From a virus (taxonomy: Duplodnaviria > Caudoviricetes), in the IMG/VR virus record IMGVR_UViG_2639762835_000002: a DNA stretch of 64,000 bases; one strand, given 5' to 3'. Below are positions 26,950-37,133 of this stretch, in pieces (the stretch's first letter is position 1; the number at the start of each line of letters is the position of its first letter). A model generated the notes under the pieces. That model did no database searches. It was not told the origin of the DNA and saw only the letters and a program-made list of their open reading frames with translations. The translations under genes were made by a program, and so were the position numbers.

Positions 26950-28011
26950 ATGACCGTCCGAAAACTTGATGACGGCAAGCCGTTCCCCTGGCTTGCCGAT
27001 GTCCGCCCTGGTGGTCGCAGTGGCCCACGCCCACGCAAGCGGTTTGCCACCAAGGGGGAGGCAACAGCATGGGAGCAGTGGCAGCTTGAGCAGTTCGCTG
27101 AGAAGCCATGGCTTGGTGAAGAAGATGAGCCGCTGGTAGAGCCGCCAGTTGACGCTCGCCGACTGGCCGACCTAGTTGAGCGCTGGTTTGGCCTGCATGG
27201 CCAAAGCCTGCGTGATGGAGAGCAGCGCCGATCCAAGCTGCTGCTGATTTGCGAAAGCCTGGGTAACCCACTGGCCAGCGACTTCACCGGTAATGACTTT
27301 GCCAAGTACCGAGAGGCGCGCCTGTCTGGGGCTGTGAGTGATCGGCGGGCTGCAACGCAGGATGGCAAGGGGGTGAGCGCCTCGACGGTTAACCGTGATC
27401 ACGCCTATTTACGGGCAGTGTTTAATGAGCTCAAACGGTTGGGTGAGTGGACGGCAGAAAATCCACTGGCCGGGATGCGGCTTTACCGGGTCACTGAGTC
27501 CGAACTGGCGTTTCTGTATCCTGATGAAATCAAGGCGCTGCTCGATGCCTGCGACTCATCTAGCCACGCTGACCTGGGTACCGTGGTGCGGCTCTGCTTG
27601 GCCACTGGGGCGCGGTGGGGTGAGATCCAAGACCTGACACAATCGCAAGTGGCACAGAACCGGTTGACGTTTACCCACACCAAGGGTGGCAAACGTCGAA
27701 CAGTGCCTATCAACCAGGAGCTGATCGACATAATCCCCAAGCGGCGAGGCAAGCTGTTCAGTGAGTGTTACCACCACTTTGAATCGGCGATAAATCGGGC
27801 GGGAATCCAACTACCGGCAGGGCAGAGCACCCACGTTCTGCGGCACACCTTTGCCAGTCATTTTATGATGAACGGTGGTAACATTTTGGTGTTGCAGAAG
27901 ATACTCGGGCACTCGACTATTACCATGACGATGCGCTATTCGCACTTTGCCCCAGACCACCTTGAGGATGCTTTACGGCTCAATCCACTGACGGTCAACA
28001 AACTTCGCTGA
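26950..28011 (+). CDS. int: Tyrosine integrase of prophage 1 (186/HP1 type)
   Basis: LATGARWGE, HVLRHTFASH, LGHS, MRY. Confidence 0.97.
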   Translation: MTVRKLDDGKPFPWLADVRPGGRSGPRPRKRFATKGEATAWEQWQLEQFAEKPWLGEEDEPLVEPPVDARRLADLVERWFGLHGQSLRDGEQRRSKLLLICESLGNPLASDFTGNDFAKYREARLSGAVSDRRAATQDGKGVSASTVNRDHAYLRAVFNELKRLGEWTAENPLAGMRLYRVTESELAFLYPDEIKALLDACDSSSHADLGTVVRLCLATGARWGEIQDLTQSQVAQNRLTFTHTKGGKRRTVPINQELIDIIPKRRGKLFSECYHHFESAINRAGIQLPAGQSTHVLRHTFASHFMMNGGNILVLQKILGHSTITMTMRYSHFAPDHLEDALRLNPLTVNKLR

Positions 28012-28030
28012 TGTCCACATTTTGTCCACG
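28012..28030. promoter_or_regulatory. Putative Int arm-type binding sites
   Basis: Direct repeat TGTCCACA / TGTCCACG, the reverse complement of the P2 arm consensus TGTGGACA as recalled. Confidence 0.6.
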
Positions 28031-28123
28031 CGGCCCACATAACACCGCGCACTGTTGCATAATGTCGTGCTTGTAAGTTTATGTTTTTACGTAACTTATT
28101 GTTTTTAAAGGCTGCCCATAGGC

Positions 28124-28179
28124 ATTTAAAATCCCTCGCTTTTCGAGGCGTGCCGGTTCGATTCCGGCCTCGGGCACCA
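28124..28179 (+). other. att core: duplicated 3' half of tRNA-Leu(TAA)
   Basis: ATTTAAAATCCCTCG, long variable arm, GGTTCGATTCC, GGGCACCA; the 5' half of the tRNA is absent. Confidence 0.9.
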
Positions 28180-28197
28180 TTAAAATCAAAGACTTAC

Positions 28198-28230
28198 AAA
28201 GGCCACTAGCAATAGTGGCCTTTTTGTTTT
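28198..28230 (+). terminator. Terminator after the tRNA fragment
   Basis: GGCCACTA-gcaa-TAGTGGCC followed by TTTTT. Confidence 0.85.
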
Positions 28231-28342
28231 TGGCCAAATGGCGACAGAGTTTTCAGTGATTTAGTCGAGTAGACAAGACACCGGTTTGAGAACTGTGTCT
28301 GGTAGATCATTATATCTGTACAAGGTAGCCTTGTTTTAGGGC

Positions 28343-29116
28343 TCAGGATTTCTTGGTTTCTTTGGGAACAAACAGAGTTTTATTTATCTGATCATGGCGC
28401 AAGATAGTGGTGCCATCTTCATCCCAGTATGCGCAATGGCTAGTATTACAGGCTACTTGGATCATTGGCTTGTCTTTGGTGGCTAATGTCACCTGTGCTT
28501 GATGCTTGGCAAAATATCCTTTAGCCATATGCTTTTGTTCTTCGCCTGCAGTGTCAACGCCTTGGAGAAAGGAAAACAATGCAACGGCACATACAAGAGC
28601 CGTGGGTACAGTCAGCACTGCAAATACGCCGTATAGAATAGCTATCCATTCAATCCAACTGAGGTATGGGGCTGAATCCTCCTTCGAGGGTCGCTTGCTA
28701 TCTACCCATAAAGAAACCTTGCTGCACAAATTTGGGATTAAAGTTTTTCTCCATAGTGCTTTACGCCATTTGGCTGTCATTGATGCCAGAATGAGAAGAG
28801 ACAACATTCCTACGATCACGCCCGCAGCAATGAGTATCTTGTCCTGAAGCATTCGCACTAGCGAGATGAACCCAAGCAAAATTGACTCATCAGTTGCTAG
28901 GGGGAACTGATTGTTGGTAAGACCATATGCTTCTAGATAGCCAACATGGTATGCCATACCACATAGATATATTGCAGCAGTCATCAACGGAAGAGCTGCC
29001 AGTAAATACTTTAGAAAGGGTAGTAATGAGCGGGGAGTGTTGGTTGCTCGTATTGATTGGATTTCTGAGCTCTTTGTCTTGTAAGTCAGTATTTTTTGGG
29101 CATCAGATTGGGTCAC
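28343..29116 (-). CDS. Hypothetical multi-TM membrane protein (moron)
   Basis: 257-aa lower-GC ORF with several hydrophobic helices. Confidence 0.75.
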   Translation of the reverse strand: MTQSDAQKILTYKTKSSEIQSIRATNTPRSLLPFLKYLLAALPLMTAAIYLCGMAYHVGYLEAYGLTNNQFPLATDESILLGFISLVRMLQDKILIAAGVIVGMLSLLILASMTAKWRKALWRKTLIPNLCSKVSLWVDSKRPSKEDSAPYLSWIEWIAILYGVFAVLTVPTALVCAVALFSFLQGVDTAGEEQKHMAKGYFAKHQAQVTLATKDKPMIQVACNTSHCAYWDEDGTTILRHDQINKTLFVPKETKKS

Positions 29117-29559
29117 GATAGCCTCTCTTACGTGATTTTGTAAGGTATCGTATGAGTTTCGGATATATTCGACAATCCTCTAATTGGTTCTAGCATGGAA
29201 GTTCCATACATGCTGATTGGAAGTCAGTTTGCTGCTCGAACATCAAAGCTTTTGTTCTTTTCAAAACTTCAGTTATCAGAATGCTATCCATTACTCTTAA
29301 CTATCTGACATAAAAGCATTTTAGCTGTTCCTTCGTGGCAAGATGGATCCTTCCCGATAGTTCAAATTCCCACGGAAAGTACGCCCATCCCAATACATTC
29401 AACGAGTTACGTTTTCGGCGTCACGAGTCAGAGCCCTTTCAAACTGTAAAACCCTGCAATTTCTTTCGATCCTTTCAGATCCTCACCTCGCCCGAGATCC
29501 TTTATCTGGCGCGGTCTGGGCCTATGGTTTTGCGGTAATCCACTTTTGCAAAAAATTAT

Positions 29560-29610
29560 ATTGGTGCGGCGTGCAGGCGGGAGCGGAAGAGCGCGGTTTC
29601 CGTGACGTAG
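29560..29610. other. Possible cos region of prophage 2
   Basis: GCAGGCGGGAGCGGAAGAGCGCG at the end of the tail operon, the HP1-type position; GATCCTTTCAG motifs shared with the prophage 1 cos flank. Confidence 0.4.
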
Positions 29611-29750
29611 ACGCGGCGGTGGGCGTCGCCAGCATGCGCTGGGAGGCTGTGAGCGTGCGCAGGCTTCACGTATGATGCAGCGCTGCCCGATGGCCGCCTC
29701 TTCATGCGGCGCCATTCCCTGGCCATGCTCAGGCGCTGTCAGGCAGATAG

Positions 29751-29780
29751 AAGAAGGCCCCACGGTGTGGGGCCTTCTTT
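29751..29780. terminator. Terminator of the tail operon
   Basis: AAGAAGGCCCCAC-ggt-GTGGGGCCTTCTT. Confidence 0.8.
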
Positions 29781-29790
29781 GCTTGGTGGC

Positions 29791-31400
29791 TTACTCGATG
29801 ATGGGGGATAGCTGGCCGGCCAGCTGCTTGGCCTGTTGGCCATGTCCCGTCATGGCCCCGCTGTTACCGGGGGCTGGCCCACTGCCGTGGGTGTGGCTGG
29901 CAGTGGCTGCTGCCAGCTGCTCCACCACGTTCATCAGCTGTAGCAGCAGCCGGAAGATGTTCACGCCCTCGGTCCCCATCCACGAACGGGGCGCCTCCAG
30001 GTGTTGCAGCTCGCCGGCAACCGCCCGGCGCAGCTGGCCCACCACCTCGACCAGATCCCCCGCCGTGGTCTGGTTCATGTTGCCCAGACTCCCCAGGGTG
30101 AGATCATCCCCGGCCAACAGCTCGATGGCGCCCAGCGCCTCGATGAGCTTGAACCCGCCCACCTCCTCGATGCTGTGTTGTGCCACCTGCAGCTGATACT
30201 GGCCATGTTCCCCCTGGTAGTCGTCACTCTGGTGGTGCATCTGCAGGGCGCGGTCGTGCAGACGCCGGTCGGTGTGGCGGTAGAGGTTGCCCACGGTATC
30301 GGTGCGGCTGAACACCTCGGCCCGCTGTTGCTGCAGTTGCTCGCCTGGGGCGATGTCCGGCAGGGGCCAGCCATTGCCGAGCACGGTGCGGATAAAGGGC
30401 CGGTCGGCCCGCCCAAAGGCAAATCCCAGCTCAACCAGCGTCCCCTCAAGGGGGAACTGCAGCAGGCCTTGCTCCTGCCCGCCGAACTGCACCGGCAGCG
30501 GTACAGCCCGATAAAGGGGAGCCGCCTTGTCCGGCTGGCCATCTTCGCCAAGCAGTTGCACGTCCACCGCATAGCGGGGATGGAACGGGTCATTGAGCTG
30601 GCCGGCGCTGGCCTGGTCGCTGATGGCTTCGACCCGCCCGAACTTGGGCAGGTGCATGCTGTCGGCCAGCTCGGGGAACTCCCCCTCTATCTTGCGCCGC
30701 TCTGGCGACTTGGTGGCCTTGCCCGGGGTGGCCGTGGTCAGGGTCATCTCGTCGCCCTTGAGCCGCACCCGCATCACCCGCTTGCCGTTGATGATGGCCC
30801 CGGGGCGGATGGCCGGCACCGGCGACAGCGTGAGGGTGTCGCCTGCCTGGCGACTCGACCAGGCGGGATCGAGCGTCACCTCTTTGCCTGCCCAGCGGCT
30901 GTGGGTGTGGCTGCCCACGTAGATAGCGCCATCAGGTTGCTGGTACCAGACAAAATCCGCTACTTCGAAGGCGCGGCCGGCGTTGTCGAGCAACTGATAG
31001 CCGGTGCCGGCGCTGGTGAAGTTGGGGATAGGTCGGTGTAATCGGTGCCCTGGGGCAGCAGGAAGGTGAGCCCGCATCGATCGGTTAGCCAGGCTAGCAG
31101 ACCGCGCAGGGTGGCATGCTGCTGGCTGACCGGTAGCCGAGAGCCCAAGGCCCCGGCCAGCTCGCGGCACAGCAGCTTGCTGGCACCATTGGCGGCGGGT
31201 TGTACGTCGTACACGTAGCCGGTGAACCAGCGGCGCAGGTCGCCGTTGTAGCCGGTGTCCAGCGTGAAGGTCTGTCCCTTGCGGGCCGTCCCTTCAATGG
31301 TGAGGGCCGCGCGGCCGCCGGCGTTGAGATCCAGCACCAGGTCGTGGTCTACCAGGTGCAGCGATTGGCCTGCGAGGGTCAGTGACGTCGAGAGTTTCAT
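29791..31400 (-). pseudogene. Baseplate hub/spike-like tail protein, frameshifted at ~31035
   Basis: The N-terminal frame (...PQGTDYTD) continues in another frame (RPIPNFTSAG...) and ends with an ASHTH spike-like motif. Confidence 0.8.
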
Positions 31401-31945
31401 GCCAGCATGTCATCCATCGGTTTGAGTACATAGCGCTCGAAGCCGCTCAGGTCCTGCTCGCCGCTGCCATCAGTCTTTGACCCCGGCTTGGCGGCGCTGG
31501 TGTTGGCGGTGCCCTGGCCCACGGTCGGGGTCTTCTTCGGCAGGCGCTGCTCGCGCTTCTCCGGTACCGAGTTGAACTCCTTCAGGGTGAACTGCACCTG
31601 CCAGGCCAGCAGCCCTTCCTGCTCGTTCGCGCTGATGCGGCCGGCAAACTTCGCCTGGCGCACCTTCACCGACTTGGCCAAGAGCGACCCGACTCGGTAA
31701 ACGTGGCGCTTGCCGCCGTTGCCCTTGGCGTCAGCCAGTTCAAACAGCCGGCTCAACATGCGCTCCTCCTTGAACGGGATGAGGCCGGAGATGTCGAGCT
31801 CCTTGCCCTTGGCACCCTGTTCGGCGCTGCTGGTCGAGCTGGTCTGGCCGCTCTGGTCCTTGTCCTGAAACTGCATCGATGCGGACACCCGCATCGACTT
31901 CATGATGATGGGCTCGCCATCGAGGGTCAGCATGGCTTGGCTCAT
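31397..31945 (-). CDS. Tail/baseplate protein (HP1-family)
   Basis: DQSGQTSST...EQGAKGKEL motif; synteny. Confidence 0.8.
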   Translation of the reverse strand: MSQAMLTLDGEPIIMKSMRVSASMQFQDKDQSGQTSSTSSAEQGAKGKELDISGLIPFKEERMLSRLFELADAKGNGGKRHVYRVGSLLAKSVKVRQAKFAGRISANEQEGLLAWQVQFTLKEFNSVPEKREQRLPKKTPTVGQGTANTSAAKPGSKTDGSGEQDLSGFERYVLKPMDDMLA

Positions 31946-32823
31946 GGGGTTAACTCCTGCCAGAAGGTGAGCGGGGAAGGGGAGAGCAGCAGGGCGCCGA
32001 CCGTCATGCTCATGCTGTGATCCGGGGGCGCGCTTTGCCCGAGCTGGGTGGCGAGGCTGGCCGCGTCCCCCTGACCCTGCCAGTGCCAGAGCGTGCCTGA
32101 GAGGGCCGCCAGCTGGGCCAGTGCCTTGGCCAGTGCATCGAGGCGAGCGGCGCGGCCCGTCGCCAGCCCCTGCAGCTTGGCGATCGGGGTCTGGCTATCC
32201 CGGGCCAGGCTTTCTAGTTGTGCCAGCTCTGCCCCCAGCGCCATGCGGGCCGGGCGCAGCGGAGCCCAGAGCAGCGGCTCATCGGCGCGCCAGCGCGGTA
32301 CCTTGGCCGCCGTGGGCTGGCTCATGGTGTCATTGTTGGCGCGCAGGCGCCGCAGGGTGGCGCACCACTCAGGCAGTGGCAGCAGGGCACACAGGGCTGC
32401 CAACTGCTGGGCCAGGTCATCGGCGCTGTTGCCGGTCACCAGCCAGGCGATGGCATGCAGCTGGCCAGAGGGCAGCAAAGGGTCGGCGCCATCCTGCAGC
32501 TTGGCGGCCAGGGTGGCCACCGCATTGGGGGCGGCCAGGCTGAACTGTTGGCCCTGCTGTTGGCCCACCCCGTGCTGATAGGGGGTGACGGTGAGACAGC
32601 GGCCGGTCACCAGTAACTGGTCCAGTTCGGCCCGCAGGCTGGCCAACCCGGCGGCGGCATGGCTTAACGGGTGGCGACGGTACTGAGCCCGCGCCGCCAG
32701 CCCCTGCAGGCGTCCCATGGCGTTGCTTTGGCTGGCCGGGAGTTGGCCCAGCACACCCTGGGCGCGGGTGTGCTGCGTGGCGGTGCTGACGGGCTAGTGC
32801 AGCGCCCCTTGTGACCAACTCAC
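31942..32823 (-). pseudogene. HP1-family tail protein with an in-frame TAG at codon 10
   Basis: GTG start overlaps the upstream TGA; TAG at 32794-32796; the frame then stays open to 31942. Confidence 0.65.
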
Positions 32824-33245
32824 TGCGGCGCCTTTGGCCAGCAGACCTCGGCGGGCCAGCCTTCGCTTTGGGGCAGACGGTAGAGGGTGACCCGGTAGCG
32901 CTGCCAGGCGGTGAGTTGCTGGCGTTCTGGTTCACTGATGATGCCGAGCTTGTCGGCATCCTCCAGCGGGGCCATGACGGTAGTCGCCTGTTTCAGCTTG
33001 TCACTGAGGATGGTCTGCTGTTCGGCCTCGGTCGGCAGTGGTGGCGGGAGCACCTCAATATCGCCAAACTCACCGAACACTGCTCGGCTATACAGTTCGC
33101 GGCCATGCTCTTCCGGATCATCCTTGCGGGCGGTGAACTGCACATGTTCGGGGAGGTGACTAAACAGTACATCAAGGGTGACGGACTCGGTATCTCCAGC
33201 CAAGTGGCGGGGCCTGCTGGCGTTGAGCATTTCAATTTTCATCAA
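32820..33245 (-). CDS. Tail fibre assembly chaperone
   Basis: DDPEEHGRELY, APLEDA, WQRYRVTL...WP. Confidence 0.9.
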   Translation of the reverse strand: MMKIEMLNASRPRHLAGDTESVTLDVLFSHLPEHVQFTARKDDPEEHGRELYSRAVFGEFGDIEVLPPPLPTEAEQQTILSDKLKQATTVMAPLEDADKLGIISEPERQQLTAWQRYRVTLYRLPQSEGWPAEVCWPKAPQ

Positions 33246-33257
33246 TATTTCTCCTCA

Positions 33258-35369
33258 TTACGCGATGCGAAACCACAGTGTTACCCTGGTGTCATCACCA
33301 CCACCTACGTGGCTATACCCCATGGCCTTCCAGGTGCCAGGCAACGCAACATCTTGAATGCCATCATAGGTATTTGAGGGGTTTGCTGGCCTTAAACTTG
33401 AACCCGGGATCGTGCCGGAAATGCCAATGTCGGTAGGACTTAGGTTTCTAGCAAAAACATACGTGCCAACTTGCCCCCATCCTCCCGCGACGAGATCCTG
33501 ATTGCCCTGTGCGGCAGTGTGGTTGTGGGGGTCAACGACTCGCGCACTATCCACCCTGACACCATAGGTATTCTGCCCATTCCACCCCATCAATGTGGGT
33601 TGGCTCGCGCCCCAGGTTAGTTCTGAATTCAGCGGGTTCACCGCGCGAGAACCGTCGGGTGCAATGCTGTTTGACGCATCAAAAATGGTGTGATTATTGC
33701 CATAGTTTCGCCAGGCCAACTGACCAATCACCGCCCCCTCTATGCCACTGCCTGTCCATTCACTAAGGCGCCGATAAGGTACTGCGCCGACCTCTGAGGG
33801 GGTTGGCTTGCTGGCGGTGGTGTAAACCGCATTGATCCTGACTGGCGTTGCCCCATCGGGATAAGCGGCTTGCGCCGGGCTGACGGTCGGGTCTGCGCTC
33901 ACAACATTGATGACTTGAATCGAAACGGGGTACGAATAGGGGGCGAGCTTCAACCACAGCTCAATGCGCTCCCCTTGGCGCCGGATCAAAAAGCCAACGT
34001 CATCGGGTTGCGCACCTGGCCCTAAAAAGGTGACGTTGGCCAGGTAGTCAGGCAGAGGGCCTATCCCCACATATCCACGGGATGACAGGGTCACCAGATA
34101 GTTGGGGCTATAGGGGCTGCCATAATTGGCGCCGCCGGAGACCATGGCGGAGTACAGGTTTGCGTTTTCCCCGATGTTGCTGTCCATTTCACAGAGCTTG
34201 GCATAAGCGCTGAGCGCCGGGGCATTACTGCCTGATACGCGGACAACCGGGTAAGTTGCCGATGCTCGGGCATGGGTTTTGGCCACGGCGCCCGCAGTGG
34301 CGTACTTATTGTCGCTGGTATCCGTCAGCTCTGAGGTCGCAGGCCAGTTGTTCACCTGCTCCAGGCTGATTTCGTGTTTGGTTGGCCAGCGCGTTGCCGT
34401 TTCCGGCACCGCGTCCAGATCGCCCCACTGGTGGCGGTGGCTACCATCCTTTATTTCCACCGCGATGGTGACGCCCTGGGCATCTTCCAGGATGCCCTTG
34501 CCGGTGACATCGCCGGTCAGCTCGATGGTGCGCTTGCGGCGCACGTCGGTGACGCTGCCGTCCGCATTGACGATGGCCACCTTGGCCACATGGTGCTGAT
34601 AGCCGTTGGCGTCCAGGTAGTCGGTGAGCTCTGGCACGCTTAAGCTAAGGGTGAAGTGATTCACCCAGGCATCGAGCAGAGAGCCTGCCCGGTAGATATC
34701 GAGCCAGAGCCCCACCGGCTTGGCGCCTGGAGTCACCTTTTTGACCTCGTTCAGCTCCGCCCGCAGGCCGCCCACGTAGGCCACCCCGGGCTGCACCTTG
34801 TAGACCCCCGATGCGTTGACCAGATTAAAGCCGTTGCCGTAGAAGGTGGCCGGCCCGAAGAACTGCAGCGCCTGCAAGCGCAGGTCGTCGTCCATCCCGC
34901 GCAGGCGGGCGGCATAGTCAATCTGCCAGGTGCTGGCGTCCACGTGGGTGGCGGTGGCCTCGCTTGCCCGGTCGTACTCCATCAGCATGGATTTCACCAG
35001 GCTGTTGCCGGTCTGGCCGGTGGCCTCATTGGTCTTGAGTTTGGTCTCCAGCCCCTTGTGCACAATCATCCCCACCACGCCGCTGGCCCTGTTGATGAGG
35101 TACATGGCGTTGAAGCTGAAATCGCCGACCGTGGTGTCCATCACGATGGTGTAGGCCACCGCGTCGTTGTTGATGCGCCCGCGCTGGTCCACGGTGTGGC
35201 GATGCACAATCTGGCCAGCGTCTGGCAGGCTGCCGTCCGGGTTGATGGGGGCCTCGGGATCGAGGTCCGGCACATTGGCCAGCACGAACTCATCGAGCAC
35301 CACCGGCACTTGGGTGGCGAGGCACTCCTGCCAGTAGCGGGAGAAGGCGTTGGTAATGATCTGGCTCAT
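33258..35369 (-). CDS. Tail fibre protein
   Basis: HP1/K139-type N-terminus (LDEFVLAN...VGDFSFN) and a variable C-terminus (GTWKAMG). Confidence 0.9.
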   Translation of the reverse strand: MSQIITNAFSRYWQECLATQVPVVLDEFVLANVPDLDPEAPINPDGSLPDAGQIVHRHTVDQRGRINNDAVAYTIVMDTTVGDFSFNAMYLINRASGVVGMIVHKGLETKLKTNEATGQTGNSLVKSMLMEYDRASEATATHVDASTWQIDYAARLRGMDDDLRLQALQFFGPATFYGNGFNLVNASGVYKVQPGVAYVGGLRAELNEVKKVTPGAKPVGLWLDIYRAGSLLDAWVNHFTLSLSVPELTDYLDANGYQHHVAKVAIVNADGSVTDVRRKRTIELTGDVTGKGILEDAQGVTIAVEIKDGSHRHQWGDLDAVPETATRWPTKHEISLEQVNNWPATSELTDTSDNKYATAGAVAKTHARASATYPVVRVSGSNAPALSAYAKLCEMDSNIGENANLYSAMVSGGANYGSPYSPNYLVTLSSRGYVGIGPLPDYLANVTFLGPGAQPDDVGFLIRRQGERIELWLKLAPYSYPVSIQVINVVSADPTVSPAQAAYPDGATPVRINAVYTTASKPTPSEVGAVPYRRLSEWTGSGIEGAVIGQLAWRNYGNNHTIFDASNSIAPDGSRAVNPLNSELTWGASQPTLMGWNGQNTYGVRVDSARVVDPHNHTAAQGNQDLVAGGWGQVGTYVFARNLSPTDIGISGTIPGSSLRPANPSNTYDGIQDVALPGTWKAMGYSHVGGGDDTRVTLWFRIA

Positions 35370-35953
35370 GCTGTCCTCTTGAGTGATGCGCCGAACCCCT
35401 GCTGGCTCATGTCGATGCGACCGGTGTGCAGGGTGCCGGTGACCGGGTAAACCACCTGAAAGCGATAGCGGCGGCAGGTGCGGCCATAGTGTTGAATGAG
35501 GGTTTCCATCAGTTGCTGGTTGCCGGCGATCGCGCCATCGGTCACCTCGATGGTGATGACGTCCCAGGGCGTGCCGGCCTGGCGTTCGTGGATGTCACAC
35601 CAGCCAATGTCGAGGCGCTCAAAGATGCGCTTGAAGCCGGCTACCTCGCCGGCGTCCCGGGCGTTGATGAAGGCGAACTTGACCCGCTTGCGAAACAGCG
35701 CCAGCGGTTCGCCGTTGAATCGCTTGATGTCCCGCTCCCAGGCGAGCAGGGAGAGCAGGGACTCCGAGCAGGTCAGCGGGTCTTGCTGGGCCAGCGGCAG
35801 CAGCAGCCACCCTTTGAGGCGTTGCCAGAAAGCGTTGATGCCCTTGGCCAGAAACCCCGGCTCGGCATGGGCCGGGCTGATGGTGTAACCGTCCTCCCAC
35901 CAGGGGGCGCTGGCATCGGGCAGGGTGGGGGCCTGCAGGTCGTGTTTAGTCAT
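35366..35953 (-). CDS. Baseplate wedge / tail protein (gpI-like)
   Basis: DPLTC...LLAWERDI...YGRTCRRY. Confidence 0.85.
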   Translation of the reverse strand: MTKHDLQAPTLPDASAPWWEDGYTISPAHAEPGFLAKGINAFWQRLKGWLLLPLAQQDPLTCSESLLSLLAWERDIKRFNGEPLALFRKRVKFAFINARDAGEVAGFKRIFERLDIGWCDIHERQAGTPWDVITIEVTDGAIAGNQQLMETLIQHYGRTCRRYRFQVVYPVTGTLHTGRIDMSQQGFGASLKRTA

Positions 35954-37133
35954 GCAGGGTCACCGCCAGCTTGCTCAGGCGCGGGATGGCCAACCCCGAC
36001 AGGATGTCACTCTCGCTAAAGTGCAGGCTCTGCAGCTGCGGGAACTGGCTGTGTAGCTCACGGCCCAACTGCGAGAGCGAGAAGCGCGAGCGCGGCCAGG
36101 TGCGGGTGACGCTCGGGAAGTCTGCCGACTGGCGAAACGCCGCCTTGACCAGGTTCTCGGCGCCAGTCTTGAGCCAGGCCTTCTGCTCGTCGGTGAGGTT
36201 GGCCTGTGGCCATAGCTCCAGGGTGAGGCTGTGCTGGGTTTCAGGCATGGCCATCACGAACAGGTCATCCCCATGGCCATGGTTGCCCTGGCGGCCCACG
36301 TAGTCGTTGAGCTGCTCAATCAGGCTGGCCGGGGTCGCGCCCACCTCCAGCAGGACGTAGGCATTGGCGGTGCCCGGACCCCGGGGGGCCTCATGCTCGA
36401 AGAAGATGTGATCGGCACGAATGCCCGCGACGCTGGCCAGCATCGAGCGATAGATAGCGTCGATGTGGTAGCGACCCACTGCCGAAAACTGGTTCTGGAT
36501 GCGCAGGCCGAGCGCATCGTTGCCCTCGGCATCGGCGCCCTGGGTGGTGATCCACTCCTTGTCATCGTTGCGGGCCGACAGGATGCCGGTCACTGGTTCA
36601 CTGAGCAGGTTGTAGTAACCCGGGGCCAGATTCCAGGCGGCGCCAGCGTGCTCGGCCTCGCACACCACCCGGGCGACCGCTTCGCCGGCAGGGCTTACCA
36701 CCGCCTGCAGGGGTTTGAGGCGGTAGATGGTGCCGTTGATGCGCTCGGTGGTGACCCAGATATCGGCCGGGATGGTGACGGCCTCGCTCGGGTTGGCCTT
36801 GACGAAGTTGACCAGGCCCCGGGTCCTCTGGGCGCTCTTGCGGGTCAAGTCCACATCCCAGGCCTTGAGATCGAGATAGGCATCGGTGGCGGTGGCCGCA
36901 AAGGTATTGGGCAGCACATGGCCGGCCAAGAGGGTGCGGATAAGCCACAGCGCCGGGGTGATCACCACGCTGCGCACCAGGCGCCAGAACGGGCTCACGT
37001 CGCTGTCATTGGTGATGAGCGAGCCGGCGGCCACCACCTCCTTCTTGAGCTCGGCCTCCATGGCCGCCTCGGTGGTCGGGACACCGGTCTCGGCCAGCAG
37101 GGCCATAAAGTCCACGGTTGGGCGCAGGTTCAC
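35946..37133 (-). CDS. Baseplate J-like protein
   Basis: NDSDVSPFWRL, APRGPGTANAY, HGHGDDL. Confidence 0.9.
   Translation of the reverse strand: MNLRPTVDFMALLAETGVPTTEAAMEAELKKEVVAAGSLITNDSDVSPFWRLVRSVVITPALWLIRTLLAGHVLPNTFAATATDAYLDLKAWDVDLTRKSAQRTRGLVNFVKANPSEAVTIPADIWVTTERINGTIYRLKPLQAVVSPAGEAVARVVCEAEHAGAAWNLAPGYYNLLSEPVTGILSARNDDKEWITTQGADAEGNDALGLRIQNQFSAVGRYHIDAIYRSMLASVAGIRADHIFFEHEAPRGPGTANAYVLLEVGATPASLIEQLNDYVGRQGNHGHGDDLFVMAMPETQHSLTLELWPQANLTDEQKAWLKTGAENLVKAAFRQSADFPSVTRTWPRSRFSLSQLGRELHSQFPQLQSLHFSESDILSGLAIPRLSKLAVTLHD

Larger units (their letters stand above)
1..28179. mobile_element. P2/phiCTX-like prophage 1 (left end outside the window)
   Basis: Syntenic S-R-lysis-X-L-M-N-O / P-Q, cos, gpA, cII, cox, cI and integrase, ending at a tRNA-Leu 3' fragment. 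Confidence 0.97.

Noticed and set aside
28095-28179. Functional tRNA-Leu gene
   Set aside because: The 5' acceptor strand and D arm are absent; only the anticodon loop to CCA remains, so it is an att duplication
30001-31041. Long antisense ORFs (also 5190-6173, 6324-7256, 45540-46511, 54965-56050)
   Set aside because: They are shadow frames of GC-rich genes with recognisable products on the opposite strand
33258-35369. Diversity-generating retroelement or invertible tail fibre
   Set aside because: No reverse transcriptase, template repeat, invertase or duplicate fibre tip was seen
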